A stretch of DNA of 61,769 nt, filler included. It is 6 parts of 6 records of this genome, joined end to end, with 100 filler letters (N's around TTAATTAATTAA, not from the genome) between each part and the next. Parts side by side here need not be neighbours in the genome. Positions count along the whole stretch, not along the records: positions 54,680 to 61,769 come from SRR31156797_15413; 5 more parts are not named here. The stretch is one strand, 5' to 3'. A program made the position numbers and the translations under genes. Below are positions 56,913 to 61,769 of the stretch, piece by piece (position 1 is the stretch's first letter; every line of letters begins with the position of its first letter). Below the pieces are notes generated by a model. That model saw only the letters and a program-made list of their open reading frames with translations. It was not told the DNA's origin and made no database searches.

Positions 56913-58363
56913 TGAGAATTAAAGCACTTGGCAGACCATTATCGGTCCTTATAGCGATCGTTTCATCATTTATGATCATACCTGCCGGTATTGCTGTCGT
57001 TAATGGTGAGCAAAAAGAAGCAACCGTCTTTTTCTGTCTTATTGCAATTACGTTTGCAATAACAGGAGCAATTTTTGTTTTAAGTTCAAAATGGAAGATA
57101 AACAGACTTTCAACAAGGGAAGGTTTTATGATGGTTGTCCTGGGGTGGACTTTCTCATCCGGAATAGGAGCGCTTCCTTTTTATCTTTCCGGAGCTATTC
57201 CTTCCTATACTGACGCCTTTTTTGAAACTGCATCAGGATTCACGACAACAGGGGCAACAATTCTTACCGCGATCGAAGCTGTTTCAAGGTCAATGCTCTT
57301 TTGGAGGAGCCTTACCCATTGGCTAGGCGGAATGGGAATTGTTGTATTAACTGTTGCTATTTTGCCAGTTCTTGGAATAGGTGGACTTCAATTACTAAAA
57401 GCTGAGGCCCCGGGGCCTTCTGTTGATAAAATAACTCCAAGGATCGCCCAAACGGCCAAAGTCCTGTGGTTTATCTATCTGGGAATGACTTTCCTTGAAA
57501 CTGCACTTCTTTATTTTGGTGGAATGGATCTTTTTGATTCTTTCACCCATACTTTCGGCACACTTGCAACGGGTGGATTCTCTCCTAAGAATGCATCTGT
57601 GGGACACTATGACTCAGCTTATGTAGATGGTGTTATAACAGTCTTTATGATCCTTGCAGGAGTTAACTTTACACTTCACTACAGACTAATTACTGGAAAG
57701 ATAGATGGATTATTTAAGAACTCTGAATTAAAAGCTTATTTTCTGATCGTTGCAGTAGCAACAGCAGCTGTCACTATCAGCCTTTATCAGAACACATACG
57801 ACACCCTGTCAAAAGCTTTCAGATATGCATCATTTCAAGTTGCATCAATAATTACAACCACTGGATATGGCACGGCAGATTTTGAGAAATGGCCTGAATT
57901 TGCTCAGCTTATACTTTTCTCTTTAATGTTTATCGGAGCATGCAGTGGATCAACTGGTGGTGGCATCAAGGTTGTAAGGCTACTTACTCTTTTTAAGCTT
58001 GGAATTAATGAAATGAAGTATCTTGTCCACCCTAAAGGAGTTTTACCTCTTTGGATTGATGGAAAGCCTATTAAAAAAGATATGGTCTATTCGATCTCAG
58101 CTTTTTTCTTTCTCTATATTTTTATTCTGATAATCACAACTCTAGTTTGCGCGTCAACCGGAGCAGATATAACTACATCTTTTTCAACAGCATTAGTTAC
58201 AGTTGGAAACATCGGTCCCGGATTTGGAAAGATCGGACCAACTGATAATTACTTTTTCTATCCTGATTATGCAAAATGGTTTCTTTCATTTGCAATGATA
58301 GTTGGAAGACTTGAAGTCTATACTGTCCTTATAATCTTTACTAGAGCTTTTTGGAAAAAATAG
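56912..58363 (+). CDS. trkH: Trk potassium uptake membrane subunit
   Basis: SGFTTTGAT, ATGGFS, TTTGY, GSTGGGIK, GNIGPG, GRLE. Confidence 0.95.
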   Translation: MRIKALGRPLSVLIAIVSSFMIIPAGIAVVNGEQKEATVFFCLIAITFAITGAIFVLSSKWKINRLSTREGFMMVVLGWTFSSGIGALPFYLSGAIPSYTDAFFETASGFTTTGATILTAIEAVSRSMLFWRSLTHWLGGMGIVVLTVAILPVLGIGGLQLLKAEAPGPSVDKITPRIAQTAKVLWFIYLGMTFLETALLYFGGMDLFDSFTHTFGTLATGGFSPKNASVGHYDSAYVDGVITVFMILAGVNFTLHYRLITGKIDGLFKNSELKAYFLIVAVATAAVTISLYQNTYDTLSKAFRYASFQVASIITTTGYGTADFEKWPEFAQLILFSLMFIGACSGSTGGGIKVVRLLTLFKLGINEMKYLVHPKGVLPLWIDGKPIKKDMVYSISAFFFLYIFILIITTLVCASTGADITTSFSTALVTVGNIGPGFGKIGPTDNYFFYPDYAKWFLSFAMIVGRLEVYTVLIIFTRAFWKK

Positions 58364-59341
58364 ACCCGCCTTTGACCTCTCCCACTCATAGGCGGTCTTG
58401 CAAATAAAATCAAGATCCTGATATTTAGGAGTCCAGTTCAGCTTAGAAAGTATCTTTGAATTGTCAGAGATCAAAAGACCGGGATCTCCGGGCCTGCGAT
58501 CAATTTTTATAACCTTAAAATCAACACCGCTCACTTTTTTAACAGATTCAATAACCTCAAGAACTGAAGAGCCCTCACCATAACCACAGTTAAATATCTC
58601 AGATCTTCCATCCTTTTCAAGATGTTCAAGAGCAGAAATATGAGCTGCAGCCAAGTCTGTCACATGAATATAGTCTCTGACCCCTGTGCCGTCTTTTGTG
58701 TTAAAGTCGGTTCCAAAAACCAGCAGTTTTTCCCGCTGTCCAAGAGCCGCCTGGCATGAAACCTTTATCAAATGAGTTGCGTTAGGAAAATTCTGACCGA
58801 TCAATCCATCAGGGTCTGCGCCTGCAACATTGAAATAACGTAAAGCCACATAATTAAACTTTTTATGAGCAAAAGATGTATCTCTAAGCACAAATTCACT
58901 CATCAACTTGCTCCAGCCGTAAGGACTGATAGGAATAGTTGGAGTGGACTCAGTCACCACTCCATCTTCCGGCTCACCATAAACAGCAGCAGTGGAAGAA
59001 AAGATGAACTTGGAAACATCATACTTAACACAGATCTCTATCAAATTAGTCGTATTAACTGTGTTGTTTTTGTAATAAAGAAGCGGGTTTTCAATAGATT
59101 CAGGAACAACTATCTTTGCAGCAAAATGTATCACCGCATCAAAGTTCTCTTTTTTAAAAAGCTCATCTACAGCATCTAAATCACCAAGATCCATTTCCAC
59201 TAACCTTCCAAAAAGAACTGCCTTAGCAATACCTGTTGAAAGATTATCAACAACAACGATCTCATGCTTGCCCGACTCTCCAAGGAGTTTCACCACATGA
59301 GAACCAATGTAACCCGCACCACCTGTGACAAGTATTTTCAT
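58286..59341 (-). CDS. galE: UDP-glucose 4-epimerase
   Basis: GGAGYIGSH, FSSTAAVYG, YGWSK, LRYFNVAGA, DGTGVRDYIHV. Confidence 0.95.
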   Translation of the reverse strand: MKILVTGGAGYIGSHVVKLLGESGKHEIVVVDNLSTGIAKAVLFGRLVEMDLGDLDAVDELFKKENFDAVIHFAAKIVVPESIENPLLYYKNNTVNTTNLIEICVKYDVSKFIFSSTAAVYGEPEDGVVTESTPTIPISPYGWSKLMSEFVLRDTSFAHKKFNYVALRYFNVAGADPDGLIGQNFPNATHLIKVSCQAALGQREKLLVFGTDFNTKDGTGVRDYIHVTDLAAAHISALEHLEKDGRSEIFNCGYGEGSSVLEVIESVKKVSGVDFKVIKIDRRPGDPGLLISDNSKILSKLNWTPKYQDLDFICKTAYEWERSKAGLFFPKSSSKDYKDSIDFKSSNYHCK

Positions 59342-59407
59342 AAAACAACCTCAACAAAGTTAAATCCATTTAAATATATGTGAAATAAAAAAGATGTAAA
59401 GAGTGGA

Positions 59408-59857
59408 TCAAGGAGTATTTGTACTTATTGCCATTGCTCTATCCATGCAAGCTGACCGGTAATTAATAGGAACATCATCCATTACAAGAGCTGTTGCTTC
59501 TGCTAATCCGACAGGAACAGGAGCCGAACTTGTCCCAGGCGTACACCCTTCAACACCGGTAGTCCCATATGTATAAAAATTTCCTCTTTCAGAACCATTT
59601 GATGTTCTCCAGCTTAGAGAATTTATGTGGGTTGCATAAGATCCATTTATCGGTTCAAAAGAATATGTAAGCTGTTCTTTTACTATTACCTTAAGATTTT
59701 CAGGCACCTCACTTGTTCGAGCTTTTTTCGTATAATCAACATACATTGGAATAGCGACTGCTGCAAGAATACCAATTATTGAAATAACTATCATCAATTC
59801 AATTAGTGTAAAACCTTTGCTTTTTTTTATTTTATGAAAAATTTCTCTAAAAAACAT
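59408..59857 (-). CDS. pilA: Type IV pilin
   Basis: [11 protein letters not shown] class III signal with E5 and P22; two C-terminal Cys. Confidence 0.88.
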   Translation of the reverse strand: MFFREIFHKIKKSKGFTLIELMIVISIIGILAAVAIPMYVDYTKKARTSEVPENLKVIVKEQLTYSFEPINGSYATHINSLSWRTSNGSERGNFYTYGTTGVEGCTPGTSSAPVPVGLAEATALVMDDVPINYRSACMDRAMAISTNTP

Positions 59858-59866
59858 ATTGAAGAC

Positions 59867-60286
59867 CTAAAAAGAATTCGTTAATATAACATGTTCACTG
59901 TCCATACATCCTGATCTCCAGTTCAAAGGAACGTCATCATTGTTTTTTGCCCAAGCCTCACCAAGACCAACAGGCAAAGGATCTGCTGCTGTGCCAGGGT
60001 CACAATCATCGACTCCGGATGTACCGAAACTGTAAAACTTTCCTGTATCTCCACCACTACTAGTACCCCAGGCTATAGACTCAATAGCAGTAGCAAACCG
60101 ACTCCCAAGTTCAGGATTAGCTTTTCTAGTTATCTGAACCTCAACAATTGTTTTAATTAGATACGGAAGCTCAGCGGCTCTTGACTTCTTCGTATAGTCA
60201 TCATACATGGGAACTGCCAGTGCAACCAGAATTCCCAAAATAAATATAGAAATCATTATTTCAAGCAACGAAAAACCTTTACTCAT
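59867..60286 (-). CDS. Type IV pilin paralogue
   Basis: KG|FSLLEIMIS signal; globular domain clearly homologous to its neighbour. Confidence 0.88.
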   Translation of the reverse strand: MSKGFSLLEIMISIFILGILVALAVPMYDDYTKKSRAAELPYLIKTIVEVQITRKANPELGSRFATAIESIAWGTSSGGDTGKFYSFGTSGVDDCDPGTAADPLPVGLGEAWAKNNDDVPLNWRSGCMDSEHVILTNSF

Positions 60287-60433
60287 GGCTTCCTCCCTAT
60301 AATACTACTAGTTTTCTTTTGCAAAAACTGGTCCAGACGGCCAATACTTTGCAAAAACTAGCTCCAACATGAATAAACAGCAATAATTCCCAGCAAACCA
60401 GCTTAAAATGAAAACACCAGGTGACAATTTTTG

Positions 60434-61621
60434 TCACATATACAATTTTTTGTACAAATTGTTGAATTTTTCTGTTATCAGATTCCATGAAAAACTTTCA
60501 GATGTATGTTTTTTTGCATTCTTTACAATATCTTGTGTAAACTTCGAATCTTCAAAGATCCTTTCAATGGCTCCAGCAATCATTTGAGTATCCTTTTCAG
60601 GAACAAGAACACCTGTCTCACCATTAACAACTATATCCGGGATTCCTCCTACGTTTGTTCCAATGACTGGAATATCATAAGAGATTGCTTCAAGAAGAAC
60701 CGTTCCTAATCCTTCTGTATAGCCTTGCTCATCAATAATTGAAGGCAAGACAAACACATCAGCGTTTTTATACATCTTTTCCAGGTCCAAACCTTTTAAA
60801 GAGCCGTGAAATCTAACTATATGATTCGGAAGTTCTGCTGTCTGTACAGCCAACTTTGTCAAACGTTCTCTTTCAGGACCATCCCCGACCACATCAAGCT
60901 CATACTTATCCGGGTCAAGCTTGTGAAATGCCTCTATCAGGTAAGAAACGCCTTTTAATTCAATTAACCGCCCAACAAATAAGATCTTTTTCTTTTCATT
61001 AACCACAGCATCATATGCCCTTTCTCTATTGTGCATACCTGATCCCATCGGTATTACAACAACTTCCCGATCTTTTAAGATCTCCTGTACCCTATTGAGC
61101 ATATAGTTTGAGTTCACCGTAATAATTTCAGCATATTTCATCATAGATCTAAAGAGAAACCTGAATATTATATTCTTTCTTGCCATATTAACTTCACTCC
61201 CATGACAAGAAACGATCATCGGCTTTTTAGAACCCATCTTCATTGCAATACCAAAAAGAGCCAGTGGAAATGGAAAATGTACATGAATTATATCAAGATC
61301 TGTTTTTTTACCAAACCTATAAGCGGCAATCAATCCAAAAAACATAAAGAAAGGAAGAATAAAAAAGTATAATGGCTTACTTTTAAGTTTTTCCGGAACA
61401 GACACATCGTGACTGAGGTTTTCCCATCCCTTAAAGAAATACCTGAACCTTCTAACCTTAATTTCATCTCTCGTTTCATCTTTCCTGCCACAATATGATG
61501 ATGTAAAGATCTCAGTCTCAACGTCTTTTTCTTTTAGAAGATGTATTAACTTTATGATCCAGGGAATAAGAATATCTTTTTCATTTCTAGGAAAAGATGT
61601 AACAACAGAAACGATCTTCAA
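60434..61621 (-). CDS. GT4-family glycosyltransferase
   Basis: IHVHF, HGSE, FVGRLIELKG, EGLGTVLLEA, GGIPD; TTG start. Confidence 0.92.
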   Translation of the reverse strand: MKIVSVVTSFPRNEKDILIPWIIKLIHLLKEKDVETEIFTSSYCGRKDETRDEIKVRRFRYFFKGWENLSHDVSVPEKLKSKPLYFFILPFFMFFGLIAAYRFGKKTDLDIIHVHFPFPLALFGIAMKMGSKKPMIVSCHGSEVNMARKNIIFRFLFRSMMKYAEIITVNSNYMLNRVQEILKDREVVVIPMGSGMHNRERAYDAVVNEKKKILFVGRLIELKGVSYLIEAFHKLDPDKYELDVVGDGPERERLTKLAVQTAELPNHIVRFHGSLKGLDLEKMYKNADVFVLPSIIDEQGYTEGLGTVLLEAISYDIPVIGTNVGGIPDIVVNGETGVLVPEKDTQMIAGAIERIFEDSKFTQDIVKNAKKHTSESFSWNLITEKFNNLYKKLYM

Positions 61622-61769
61622 AAGATTCTTCCTCTTTTTCTATAACCCCTGAGAAACTTATTCCAAGTATATCTCAACCCGCCTTGAGTTAAGTGCCAAA
61701 GAAGTTTTGCGAACCTGTGCCTTACCCTGTAGTATTTTCCATAAAAAGACTTTTCGTCGGGGAAATTGA
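61618..61769 (-). CDS. C-terminal fragment of the upstream gene
   Basis: Open frame NFPDEKSFYGKYY...RGRIF* whose TGA overlaps the GT start (TTGA). Confidence 0.6.
   Translation of the reverse strand, partial: NFPDEKSFYGKYYRVRHRFAKLLWHLTQGGLRYTWNKFLRGYRKRGRIF

Noticed and set aside
59408-59857. Electrically conductive e-pilin
   Set aside because: Aromatics at mature positions 1, 24, 27 and 50 are common to many type IVa pilins. Content is only borderline (12 of 134 counting His, with a 35-residue gap) and there is no cytochrome context.

Overview
This window is not one locus. It is six unrelated contigs joined by five artificial 100-nt spacers (N44-TTAATTAATTAA-N44), probably from an anoxic-sediment metagenome; taxonomy is inferred from gene style and composition only. 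(1) 1-11891, GC-rich and spirochaete-like: murC-yicC-cmk, Fe-S oxidoreductases, TRAP transporter with USP, short Omp85, two-component pair. (2) 11992-21308, Bacteroidota-like: SpoIIE phosphatase, two hybrid kinases, T9SS cargo, REP-like hairpins. (3) 21409-31352, Desulfobacteraceae-like: dynamin-like GTPase, plant-type dapB, MurU-AmgK-like fusion, plsB, MamI-like small protein, rnhA, NamZ-like. (4) 31453-47531, Desulfobacterota-like: moeA, tandem-domain CobO, an AKR/aminotransferase/radical-SAM module, mercury methylation genes hgcAB, SNF2 helicase. (5) 47632-54579, spirochaete-like: P1B ATPase, MATE, rhamnose catabolism. (6) 54680-61769, AT-rich: trkAH, galE, two pilins, glycosyltransferase. 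Best leads: (a) hgcA appears to start at 42997 and read through an in-frame TGA as selenocysteine (Cys-Sec, with a bacterial SECIS-like hairpin), which the ORF track missed; (b) two adjacent enzymes carry homologous Ig-like domains tail-to-head, beside a SPASM radical SAM, a module I cannot assign to a known pathway; (c) a MamI-like membrane protein lies outside any magnetosome context.
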